From positions 4,853,976-4,917,975 of the forward strand of contig OZ316897.1 of NCBI GenBank assembly GCA_973895155.1: DNA of 64,000 nucleotides. Direction: 5' to 3'. Under the pieces are notes generated by a model, which saw nothing but the letters and a program-made list of their open reading frames with translations, ran no database searches and had not been told where the DNA came from. This stretch comes from Marsupella aquatica. Its lineage: Eukaryota > Plantae > Marchantiophyta. This document shows, piece by piece, positions 13,001 to 24,479 of this stretch (its first letter is position 1; each line of letters opens with the position of its first letter). The translations under genes were made by a program, and so were the position numbers.

Positions 13001-13630
13001 GGACATTTGCTCCAGTGGCTAAGTACAGAAACTGGGGCAGTTCTGGACACGGCTGAGCATGCTCATGATGGTAAATCTACATATCCTATGCTTAATACCT
13101 CGGGAATTGCATCTGATATCAAAGTGAGGACTGAACTAACCTGAATTTCATCCAAATCTGTGCAGGGGAAATTCTGAGCTTAGTGTGGTCTCCCCAGCCT
13201 GTTCCCACAGGTATGCCTAGCTGTAATACTTGGCTTACATCGTCAATGTCTTCTGCATGGCAAAATGAATACCAGAATCTAGGGAATATTTTTTCACTAA
13301 GGGTTTGTTTACATTTAAGAATTGTCCCACCTCATGTGAGGGCATACCTTCGTAGTGTTTTCGTCATCAGGAAGGATTTGATGTAGGCCTCTTTCGGCAA
13401 AGCTGGTCCTTGCAGTGTGACTTTACCATGCGGCCGTCATAAATATCCAATTGGGGTAGGAACCTCATGAATTCGAAAGTGCATGTGACACTGATTTGCT
13501 GTATTAAAGTTCTGCTAATAGTCAGCTTTTGTTGTCTGTTGGGTGGGGATCAGAGCGAGGGAAGGCTTCAATTTTGGCAACAGCAAGTGCAGATAAGAAA
13601 GTGAAGCTATGGTTTCCACCCACACCTTAG
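10062..13630 (+). CDS. Transducin beta-like protein 2 (TBL2)-like WD40 protein with N-terminal membrane anchor, 10 exons
   Basis: Approximate exons: 10062-10301, 10539-10641, 10981-11041, 11516-11811, 12019-12158, 12305-12379, 12654-12744, 12866-13070, 13167-13210, 13554-13630, all with GT-AG borders. It has a hydrophobic N-terminus (AFIQLLLAFLTAVLGIIVSY), a Lys-rich linker and WD motifs LKGHGDAVTGVAF, AAAAFTADVKVWE, QLKGHKSAVTWLCF, TASKDGTVRIWNI, ATASADKKVKLW. Confidence 0.9.
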
Positions 13631-14813
13631 ATGTTACCCGTCTTCTTCCTCTCACCATCTAATCTGGAATTTGGTGTCCAATTATCGGCATCATATCATT
13701 CCTTTATTGGCAGTTTTGAAATGTGGACAGTTTATAGCAACAATTGCTGTTCCCCTCTTAATGGTGAGCATGTGATGATGGCATCACTAGACATTTTTAC
13801 GGAAAGCCCTGTAGTGACTGTCGGTAGGAACATGAGCGCGGTCTTTCTGGAAAATTCTGAGGTAAGAATTTTCAAAACTACGACATAGTTTAGGTATAGA
13901 AGAAATCTTACAGTGGTCCCTCCCTCTTGCAGGCCGGCTAGTGCAAACTTAGACTTCTGACATCGAAGCTTAATAATGTGCGAAATATTCCAAAAGAAGC
14001 TTCTCTGACTTCTGCTTTTCTGAGAGCGAATCTCATTGCTTGCGTCAGATGTGGCCTTCTTGTTGAGCTCTAATGTTCCTTTGTATATGGTGACTAACGG
14101 AGTAGCAGCACAAAATGGAGATGCTATCTTTTTCATCTTGGCGACTAAGGACGTGCAGGATTAGTTTAATTTTCTCACCGATTTGGAGCACCTTGATCTC
14201 TCCTAGACATTGGTGGCCGTGTTTGCCCTTCTATTCTGTCTGATTAGTTCGCATTTGCAGTGTTTGCCCTTTTATTCCTTGGTCTCAGTTGTGGATCCGT
14301 TTTTTTGTGTATTTTGGAATGTGGATCACTGAAGTCCTCAGTTCAGTCTTTGGGGCTTAAGTATTCACTTGGGATCTTGGGGTCTTGTACAGAATTGGCT
14401 TAAGAGCACCTCCAGGTATGCATGAGCCGCGAGTGTAAGGAGGCCCAAATTGACTCTAACCTTCGCTGGCTGGCATCCCCAACGGATCCCTGTAAACCGC
14501 TGTAACACAACTGCTTGAGTTCGTCATGGTGTTGTTCTTCCCTGGTCTTGACGCCATGTGTGCAAGTACCACGAAGTGCAGCTGACACGAGAAACGAATG
14601 GTTGATCTCTGGAGAATTTATTTCTATCTGCTCACATCTATTTCTTCTGTAAGATTTTCGCCTTTCATATCTATGAAGATTTTATTCTCCATATTTCCAT
14701 TGCACCGTACGTCCTGCTTCTCGTTTTGCATTTTGATTCATGTGCTTGTCTAGTGACTCATTTGCTCGCCAATCTCCAATGTCTGGAGATGCCATTGAGG
14801 ATGGGGACCACAT

Positions 14814-15520
14814 ATGAACCGAGCTAGAAATAAGTTTCTAAACAATTTGAGTGAAGGAATAGAGGATTTCAGAGACACTAAAGAAGTCTAAAACAGTTCT
14901 GAACATAGATTGTTGCGAAGGAGAGAATTACAGCAAGAATTCCAAAGGAAGAAATGTGACCTACGCAGGAAAGAAGAATTGGGTTTAAATATGCTGTGGG
15001 CTTATGAGGCTTTGAAAGAACTCTCAAGTATTCTAACATGCTCCAGGGTTTAGGGTTTAGGGACCCCACATGCAACAGCTCGGAAAAAGACACCAGGTGA
15101 AGTCAGGTTTGACGACTTTTGAAAGGAAATTCGAGCATGTGTTATTAATAGTTTTGATGGAAGATTTTATGCGGGGATAAACCGTAAAAACTAAACCATC
15201 AGATCCATCCATCCAAAGAATACTATCAACTGTCCCCACAAACCGAAGTCAACTTACTCGGTCAGGCTTAGAGAAGGTAATAGTAGCAAGTAATTGCAAG
15301 ACTTCATATCCTCTGCAGACGGTTGCCTCGCTGGAAAACCCAAAGGCACATGTGCAGAATGGTTGCTGAAAACAGCTTGCCAGGGAGGATAATCGAAGGC
15401 ACCCTAGACCGTAAATCTTTCCTTGAGCGAACAATGTCTGCCGTCTTATACTTTCAAGAAGCAGAAAGACGAAATAAATTATACAAGTCTACTACAACAT
15501 TGGAGTGTGCTTGCCTCTTG
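14814..15520 (+). pseudogene. Decayed ORF with motifs resembling a Zn-dependent deaminase (speculative)
   Basis: The frame from ATG 14814 reads through several stops to ACVINSFDGRFYAGIN (15135-15182), SIHP and GKPKGTCAEW (CAE near 15351), then frameshifts into VAENSL. Confidence 0.3.
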
Positions 15521-16091
15521 AGGTGGAGTGGACCTTATAAACTTGCTATTCCATCTGTCAGGTTTTTGCCCAAAAAGGGGGTGAAAGCCTTTGGCCGATT
15601 TTTTTTCTTCAGAATGAATGACACAACATGATGCGTTGGGTCTTCATGCTTTTGAGTCTATACAGTCAGTAGATAGAAAAACTGAAACACAAGAACTGAA
15701 TTTTTTTCCCCAGGACGAGAGGCTTATCTCTTGAGGTGGAGTGGTTGTCCCTCACTCGGGTATGGTTCTTGTTCTTTTACAACACAAATGATAGCCTTTT
15801 GGCTTCAAATCAAGCATTTGTTAAGAAAATGGACAGTGCATAATGGTCACAAGAAGAGATGCACGTTATTGGATATCTTAGATTGACTGAGTAAATTTAG
15901 ATTGACCCAGTAAGTAGATAATTAGTGGTGACAGGGTGCATTTAGACCAACAGTACTTTAAGATTTTAAATTAGTCAACTGTCCTTTAAAGGTTTTCATG
16001 ATGTTATTTGTGCTATTGGGGTATCTGAGCAACCTAAGCCACATCAAAACAAAGTTTTTAGGCATAATTTTGTAAAGTCAAGCTTGTTTGG

Positions 16092-16621
16092 CCCGGTTTG
16101 GACTTGTCGGACAAATAGGGTCATTTGGGGCGACAAATGACATATGTCGGCCCGGTCCATCCCGGCCAGGTGACAGGGTCGGGCTGGGAGGGTGTGGAGC
16201 CGGGCCGGGAGAAGTGTCAAGGGGATGGCCGGGTTGGGCCTGCCGGGGGGGGGGGCTGCTGCTTTCGAGAGCCGGGCCGGGAAGGGGCTGGGAGGGGTTG
16301 GGGGGTCCGGCCGGCCGGGAGTTGGGTGGGGAGGGCCGGTCGGGGGGGGGGGGAGGGCTGGTTGGGGGGGAGGGACTGCTGCCTTCGAGAGCTGGGCCGA
16401 GCTGGGAAGAGGCCGGGAGGGTTCGGGAGGGTTCAGGAGCATCTGGGACCCGGACGGAAGGGGTCAGGAGAGTTCGGGACCGGGCCAGGGATGGTTCGGG
16501 AAGTTTTGGTCCTGGCCAGGGAATATAAGGGAATATTGGACAAATAGACCATTTTTGAGCGGACAAGTTGTCATTTGTCGTGTTGGACAAGTCGACCTCT
16601 TGTCCAACAGTGAAAACCTGG
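16092..16621. mobile_element. GC-rich MITE-like element, 530 bp, 8-bp TSD
   Basis: Starts CCCGGTTTGGAC and ends GTGAAAACCTGG (9/12 inverted match). The perfect direct repeat TTGTTTGG lies at 16084-16091 and 16622-16629. Its left end is shared with the 40815 element. Confidence 0.88.
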
Positions 16622-19600
16622 TTGTTTGGACTAGGAATTTTTGGTTGCTACCTAACTTTGGTATCTACTTACTAGATCAGTTTGGAAAAAAAGGTAATTT
16701 TGAAAACAATCTGATGACCCTCATCAAACCAACCCAATCAGATGTAAGAGATTTAAGGGAATGAAAGAGAAAGAAAAGGAAAAAAGAGAAAACATGTGGA
16801 TGGTTGGGTGGGACAACAATGACATCCACCATATATTGACAATTTTCTTCTAGTCATATGTATCACAGTGTGTAATTGCGATGACATAAATTACATTTGT
16901 GTTTTGAAATCAAGTCAGTTTCATGCTATTCCAGATTAGGGTCCCAACTTGTTATGGACCCCTAGGGGAAGTTACTTCCAAACTTTCTGGATGCCTTTAG
17001 TCACATCGACATGAACAAGAACCGTTAGTTATACAAGAATAACCAAATTTAACTATTCATGCTTAAAGGAGAAAAACAGTTAATAGACATTTTAATTGTA
17101 AAAACAATGAAAAATTGAAAAGTAACATTTCAAGTAACAAATAAAATGGTAAACTAAGGGTGGACTAACATAATTTTTGGATAAGTTGTGATTGATATAT
17201 CAGTGTTTTTTGGTAGTTTATTTCAATTTTCTATTCAATTTACACATTTTGGAAATAATGACAAGTAGAAAGAAACTCTACAACTACTCTAATATTTATT
17301 GGGATGTCAACTACTATGGACAAATTAATATTTTGCATGAACTATATGGAATGTTACATGTATTGTATAGACATAGAGAAAGTACTAAGGGAAATGTTTT
17401 ACATGAATGTACCTTTAAAATCATTGAAACCAAGTTCAATCCAAAATAAGTATTTTCTTACTCTTTTGTCTAAACGTGATAATGCTTAGGAAGTGAAATA
17501 AGGTATTTACTTTCGCTGTTGTAGATGAGTCAGACAAATATGATCCTTATCTTGTACCTCATATCAAGAAAATTAGTTTATTTTGCATCTAAAATGTGAA
17601 TGTCATGTATTGAAGACTATTTTTGTACAATATGGGATTCTAAATTTAGTCACAATGGCATATGATACTTAAAAATACATAAAAATCAACCTCCCATCAT
17701 AGATTGTGATGAACTTTAGGGCTTTAAAGATGTTTGGGTGATTCAATACAAAATCATTAGGCACCATATTGCAATAAAAAAATCATCTTATCTTGGCCAA
17801 ACTATTGCATATATCTTTCATAAAGTAAAATAAATTCTCAATGTGAATAGTTATAGATTTTTTCTATAAAATAAGAGTTTTTTAGTTGGATTAGTGTCAC
17901 ATGTGGGATTCTAGAAAATACACTAATTTCATTCACGGTTGGTTATTATAATTAATTTTAAAGCCAAATCTTGTTGATGCACACCACTATAACATTAAAA
18001 CCTTCAATGTTGTAGTTTTAGCATGCTATGGGAGTTGAAGGGAGTTGCACATATCTTCCTTTGACTCAATTTTGTGATCCTGCATCTCCTCTTGTTGAGC
18101 AGTATGAGGGATGGAGATTATGTTGGGGTATGGGGCTGATGCAATACTTAGGTAGGAAGAATTTCTTTGTCTCATCACAGATTAGGGTTGAGTAGGAGTG
18201 AATTTTCTTGAGTCAAGGACTCTGTCAAGGATACATGTCAGGAGAAAACATTGATGTAGTTCAACATAGCTTGTCTACTAGTCCTACCTCTTGAGAATTA
18301 TCTCTTTTAAAAACATAAAAAAATGTAATCTATCATACAATTTACATACACAACTAAATTAAATAAAAATGCATGGAAAGAACATAGAATAGATATATAT
18401 CAAAAATTTTAACAAGATTAATCAAAATACTAGTCAAATTGATATGGTTGATTGCAAAAATTTAGAGAAATCAGGTCCAAGTAAAACTAACTTTTTAAAA
18501 ATGGTATTTGCAAAATCTTAAAAAGTATGTCAAACAAAGTATCATAAACTCAAATTTATCAAAAAAAAATCTAATACATATTTTTCATAAAATGAAATAT
18601 TGATTGCAAGTGGTATCCTAAACTATAGGCTAAGTTAACACCTGAATATATGCATATTGTATAAGGATACATAGATAGTGTAGTGATATGAATAGTTTTT
18701 TTAAGTGAAAGTAGTTGGGAGTGAAAAATTCTTTACTAATTGGTCCCTTATAATAGTAATCTCTCAATCTTGGAGTGATTGCTAGGATATCCCCTTTCTG
18801 CTGTCAAACTTTGAGGTTCATGGTTATTGAAATTTAATATAGAGATTTTTTGTCGTAGTTATGTGTTCAATTCTTTTTATGACTCTTTAACTTTTATCAA
18901 AGTCAGAGATCCTACATGCCTATTTTCTTCACTAAAGTTCTCACTCAAAGTATCCTCAAAACCTTTAAGGGCAAACAATTGCATTTTTGTAGATGCAACT
19001 CAAGAAAATGGATGTGAATGAGAGTTTTTTGCCATGCTCAATCCTCCTATTGTTACCCATTCCTTGGCAGCTCTAGAAAAGTTGATAATCATTTTCATAA
19101 AGCACAACATTTTAGCTTGTTTTAGTGAATTCAAGATCGAGATTGTCTTCCAAATAGTCATCCCCTTATTTAGAATATTTGCAAATATCACTTGGCTTTC
19201 TGAAAGAATCTTCTCTTTTGCCTCCACCAATTCACTAAAACAATTGTATGTAATAAATTATCTATAATATCAGCAAACATATCAAACTTACTCTATAGAT
19301 ATTGGCCTGCAAGAGGCACCTGATCTCCATGTTTCTTGGTTTTTTTCTTGACCCAATGAGCCAAATTTTCCACAATGATGTTAGTGTGGAGGACACCCAT
19401 GGAATGTAGAGTGGAACGTACTAAAATCCTCCTCCAAGATATAAAAGGCTTCTGCATAAATCACTACTTGATGTGCCTCCAATATATATTTGTGCTTGGC
19501 ATATGAAGACTGCCGATCAATTAACATCTTCTTCCCAACATCTATCAAACTCTCCTTGACAACTATAAAATTTCAACTATTGACTTCTTTGTCCCTTGCT

Positions 19601-22429
19601 TGCCTGTCTGTGATAAATAAACAATCTTCATGCCTTTCTATTCAATCTCTGACCAATCACGTGGTGAAAACTTAACTTTTTTGTCTTTCAGGATGACAGG
19701 CAAACTTATCTGAACCAAATTCCTTACTTTTTTTCTCACAGGAACTCTAGAAGAGAGTGAAGTTGACAAAATGTCCATAATTTGTTTCAAATTATGTTTG
19801 CTCTAACAAGTATACAATAATTACTATAGTGCCTCCAAGTATCCAATGTGATCCTAACCTCAACCAGCCAATCACGGCTTTGGAGACAAAGTTTTAGCCC
19901 CTTCTTTCAAAAGTTTTCCCAATTGTGTCCAATATATATCATGTCTATATTTATTTCCTTTCTCACTTATCACATTGCTCCCAATCAAAACACTGCTTGT
20001 ATAGAAGACTTGGATCCAAACTAAGATTGTGTGGGTGAATTGTAGCGTGAATCATAGCTGTTGATTAATGTGGATCTAAAATAAGATGGTTTCTTTAAAT
20101 ATCCTAGTCATTCATCATTATCGGACCACTCTATATATATCCATTTATATATATGAATTATGGATGGACATCATATCATAAGGGATGCTTTACAATATGG
20201 TCAAAAGTAGACAAAAGAATATGGAGAAATTAGACACTTGAACAACTAAGCCCCAAAAAATAATCTTGGGCCATCCAAGGTTGTAGCATATGGCTATAAC
20301 TCAGTTTCATGCAAAGTAAAGTGAAAAGTTTGGATTTATGTCACATTTCCCGGCATTGCTATGTGGCACATCTCAGTTTCAGTCTTCCTAGTCCAATTTT
20401 ATTTGATTATTATTTTCATTTTAATGTGGCCTATGAGGGTTGTCTTCTTTGTTATTCCATCAGATTTGAATTTGTCTGAGACCCCCCGATAGGGTTATTT
20501 CAAAATCCTTTGTTTTCCAATTTTGCAGTTGTCTTCCATTCCACTATTCTTATATAATTTTGCCCTTGAAAATAATCTAGACATAAAATAATTGTCGCTT
20601 GCAAGGCTCAAACCCCCAACCACTGGATCTCACTAAAGGCCACCACCTCTATGCTACACAATTATGTTGCACATTAAGTTTCTGATATAGCATGCTCATC
20701 CTGGAACATGCTTTATTTTTTGTCTTGTAGTGATCTGAAAGTAAATAAAATATGAGAGCATAGAAGTGTTGTTATATAAGTAAAGTGTCTGCCAAGAAAA
20801 GCACAGTGACCAAGAAAAGGTACAGTCAAACGATGCTACGATGTGTGCACTTAACTCAGGAAGCCTTATGAATGACACTCCTTTCAATAAAAACCATAAA
20901 CCTAGGAAAGAAAAACATGAGGAGAACTTAAGAGGCTATGCATTCATGTTCTTCAGCACCATTTCTCTCACTCCTGGTGGTGGAGCCTTTGGTTTCATCT
21001 CTAAGAAAACACATACTGTGAAAGGGGGCTACCAAAATAAGTTCAAAACACTCTAGAATACCTAAAACTAAAGGGGTCTAAAAATTAATTAAAAATGTAT
21101 AGAATACAAAGGCTGCCCCTTGATAAGGCAGATTGAAATGAAAATACATGACACAAAAATCTGAATGTGCATTCACCATATAGCAGCTTCAAAAATAGCT
21201 ATGATATAATACTTATTATTATTATTATAAATTCTATGGCCTATACCACGCAGGCTGTCCAAGACTGCTGGGCCACTCTTTCTTCACAATAACTTTACAA
21301 TAAATTCTTTTCTGTACTTAATTCAAGTGATTACTTTAATTAATTCAAATAGGATATGACAAGATTATTTTAAAATAATTTTAAATAAGTTAAGAGGGCA
21401 AAGTGTTAGAACCGTGTAGCTGCATCATATTGCCATCCAAAAGTTTCACCCTACTATGGTTGATAGTCCTTCAAAGTCTTAACCATATCTAATGATTACT
21501 TTAGCTCAACATGGTTTCTCATGGATTAACCTGGTCAGCCAACAATTTTCTCAATTTGCAGATATTTTTAACTGAAAATATATATTATGGTTACCTACAT
21601 ACTAGTCCCAGTTGATGTGCACTTACAATTCAACAAACATACCAGCAAACTGTTCTTATAAGAATTTGTTGATACTAATTAACCTAACATAAAGTTTCCA
21701 TGTTCAAGTCTTGCAACCCTACTTGAAAAAATGAAAGTTTGACAATCCCTCAATACAAAGACCTAATTGCCTGAGTAATAAGCTTAGATCTTTATCCAAA
21801 AATTAGCTCCTGTGAGATCCCAAAATGGTCTTCATGTGAAAGTTCTTTCTCTAAATCCATGATGCTAGTTAGAACGCATGTCTCCACAATCCCATGTAGG
21901 ATTAGGATTATCAAGGAGTGACAGGTATGATCCTCTTTGAGATAGAGAAAAGGGAAAGGGGTCCAGGATGTGGGGGGGGGGGAGGGAGTGGGCTGGGAAC
22001 CTTGAGTTGAGGAAGGTGACATTTTCAAGGACTTTGGTTTGGGATTTTTAGTTGATTGATTACATAATTGCCATATTTTTTCCCTGCTGGTTAAACAAAG
22101 TAAGTGTAGTTAGTTAGGAATGATCCAACAACCAACATCCTACAAGATTTTCATCCTCAACTTAGCCTCAACACCCTCACCCACCCTCAACTAGTGCAGG
22201 GGAGTGGGACAGCCAACCAGGAATTTGGGTGGGGCTGAGGCAACGTGAGAAAGCTAACCCAATGTCAAGGGTTGAAGTGGGTGTTGCAATTAAGGTAGAG
22301 TACATGCATGACCATCTGATAATGAAACTTGGTGGGACTTTGACCATCATATTGTTTCAAGCTAACCTAGAGTTCAGTTACTTGATCAGTAATAGAAAAA
22401 GATGGTAACACTAGCTCAATACCCGCATT

Positions 22430-22960
22430 GCACAAAAGATGTCATTAAGAAAAAAGAAGTCATGTCGCCAAAGATGTTGTTATGTCAAAGATGTTGTGAA
22501 ATAAAGATGTTGGGAAAAAAGGAATCATGTAGCCAACCATCTTGTGAAGTAAAAAGATGTCATTCAGGAAAAAGAAGTCGTTCAGGAAAAAGAAGTCGTG
22601 CTGCCAAAGATGTTGTCAAGTAAAAAGATGTCATTAGTCAAAGACGTTGTGAAGTAAAAGATTCATTGCAATAAATGTCGTTAAGTAGAAGATGTTGTGG
22701 TTGATAAATAAAATTTGTTGTTGTTCAAAAGATGTCATTAAGCGAAAGACATTAATACTTGTTGCTCAAAGATGTCTAAGTAATAAAAGATTATTTGGCA
22801 AAAGATGTCAATGCATAATAGATGATGTTATCCTAAAGACTTTGTTGAGAAAAATGTCATGGTGCAAAATTGAGTGTAAATAATATCATTGAGTAAAATA
22901 AAAAATTGTTAAAAAGAGCTTATTGGGCAAAACATGTTGTCTAGTAAAAGTTGTCATGGC
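22430..22960. repeat. Degenerate short-unit tandem array (AAAAGATGT(C/T)(A/G)TT-like)
   Basis: Recurrent aaagatgtc/aaagatgttg units, including the exact duplication ttcaggaaaaagaagtcg at ~22563-22600. Confidence 0.7.
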
Positions 22961-23074
22961 ACAAAACACAGGCTACAACAACCACAAAATACCATAAAGT
23001 AAGAATGACTGTTGTCTTTGTTTTTCCCCTTTTTAAAAATTCCTTTTAAATCTTCCCCACCCTCCTCCCCCTCA

Positions 23075-23078
<4 letters not shown>

Positions 23079-23120
<42 letters not shown>
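23079..23120. repeat. (TC)n microsatellite
   Basis: About 21 TC units, seen directly. Confidence 0.97.
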
Positions 23121-23122
<2 letters not shown>

Positions 23123-23329
23123 TTGATGTTTCTTTATTACATTATAAACTATCTTATTATTAAATATATATATTTGTAATCAATTAAACTTCTCTTATGA
23201 CATAAACTATCATGAGCGTACTTGATATGAATGTTTATGCATGGATGGTAGAGGGAGGAGTATTTCTATGCATGGATGGTACTATGCATAGATGATATAG
23301 AAAGTACTTATACTATTGCATTGGCAGTC

Positions 23330-23780
23330 CCGTTTATTTCTTGCTGGAAAACGTGTCACTCGTTCCCTCACAATAATGTCACTCTTTCTTTCACAGTAAA
23401 CCTACTTTTTGGGTTTTTCTGTTTTGGTTTATTCATTCTCCACTCTTCGTTCAGATTCTTTACTATTTGGGGTCCTGCAAAAGTAATTCTTTTTTGGTTT
23501 ATTCAGTTTCTTTGTTCAGATTCTTTACCCTAGTCCCCTTTATTTCTTGCTTGGAAAACGTGTCACTCTTTCCTTCACACTAAACCTAATTCTTTTTTTG
23601 ATATTCATTCTCTTTGATCAGATTCTATACTTTTTGGGCCCTCCAAAAGTAATTATTTTTTGGTTTTTTATTCTTTGTTCAGATTCTTTACTTTTGGGGG
23701 CCTGCAAATATAACTATTCTTTTTTGGGTCATTCATTCTCTATGTTCAGATTCTTTACTTTCTAAGCCCTGCAAATTCAA
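23330..23780. repeat. Degenerate tandem repeats (TTCAGATTCTTTAC...GGG.CCTGCAAA core)
   Basis: The core tcagattct recurs at ~23450, 23515, 23617, 23678 and 23745. The block tttatttcttgct..ggaaaacgtgtcactc occurs twice. Confidence 0.75.
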
Positions 23781-24479
23781 AAAGACGACCAATGCATTAA
23801 AACAGACGGAACACTGTATTAGAGTTCTTGATAGTAATTAACCTAGGGTGGCAGAGTATCAAAACTCAGTTTTCACAAAAAGTACATTATCCCAAGATAA
23901 TCATTCACCCCATTACCAACAGATCCAAAGTACTTCCCTCTGTTCACACCGTTGATGTTCCTCCGGAAGAAAATTCCATCCAAATAGATCGAGTAATGAA
24001 GCAATGGACACGATAACAGAGTTCCTGTTCGAGTTGCACGAGACAACAAATCAGAATTGTGCGTGTTACACAATGGCTACAAGGCTGAAGAAAGCTTGTT
24101 GCAGAATTTCAATTCCGGTCCATCATAGGTTGTCGGCTTAGCAATAACGTTGGCTTATTGGGTAAGTAGCATGGTAACTACCAGTTTGAACAATGAGAGG
24201 TGGGGAGCTGCACAAGGGCACAGAGATCCTAATACTTCTTAGAAGATGTGTTAGATTACATAAATTTTAATCCACCCTGTTGAGAGCATGTTGTAGAATA
24301 ATACGCCTCACACGTATGATACGGAAGGAGGGATTTGACGACATCGATATTCTTGTCTCCAGCATCTTGTTGCCGTGACTGTGTGATGATTGATTCTGCC
24401 AGAAGAATTCTGACCCTCTCAACAAAGCTGCAGCTTGGAAGACTAAACTTCTCACAATTGCCTCTTAAATACCATATCC

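Noticed and set aside
16044-16764. Pro-rich and Gly-rich ORFs in five frames
   Set aside because: An artefact of the stop-poor GC-rich MITE interior.
16930-20000. AT-rich stretch with short protein-like fragments, possibly an old transposase
   Set aside because: Too many stops, and no motif I can assign to a family.
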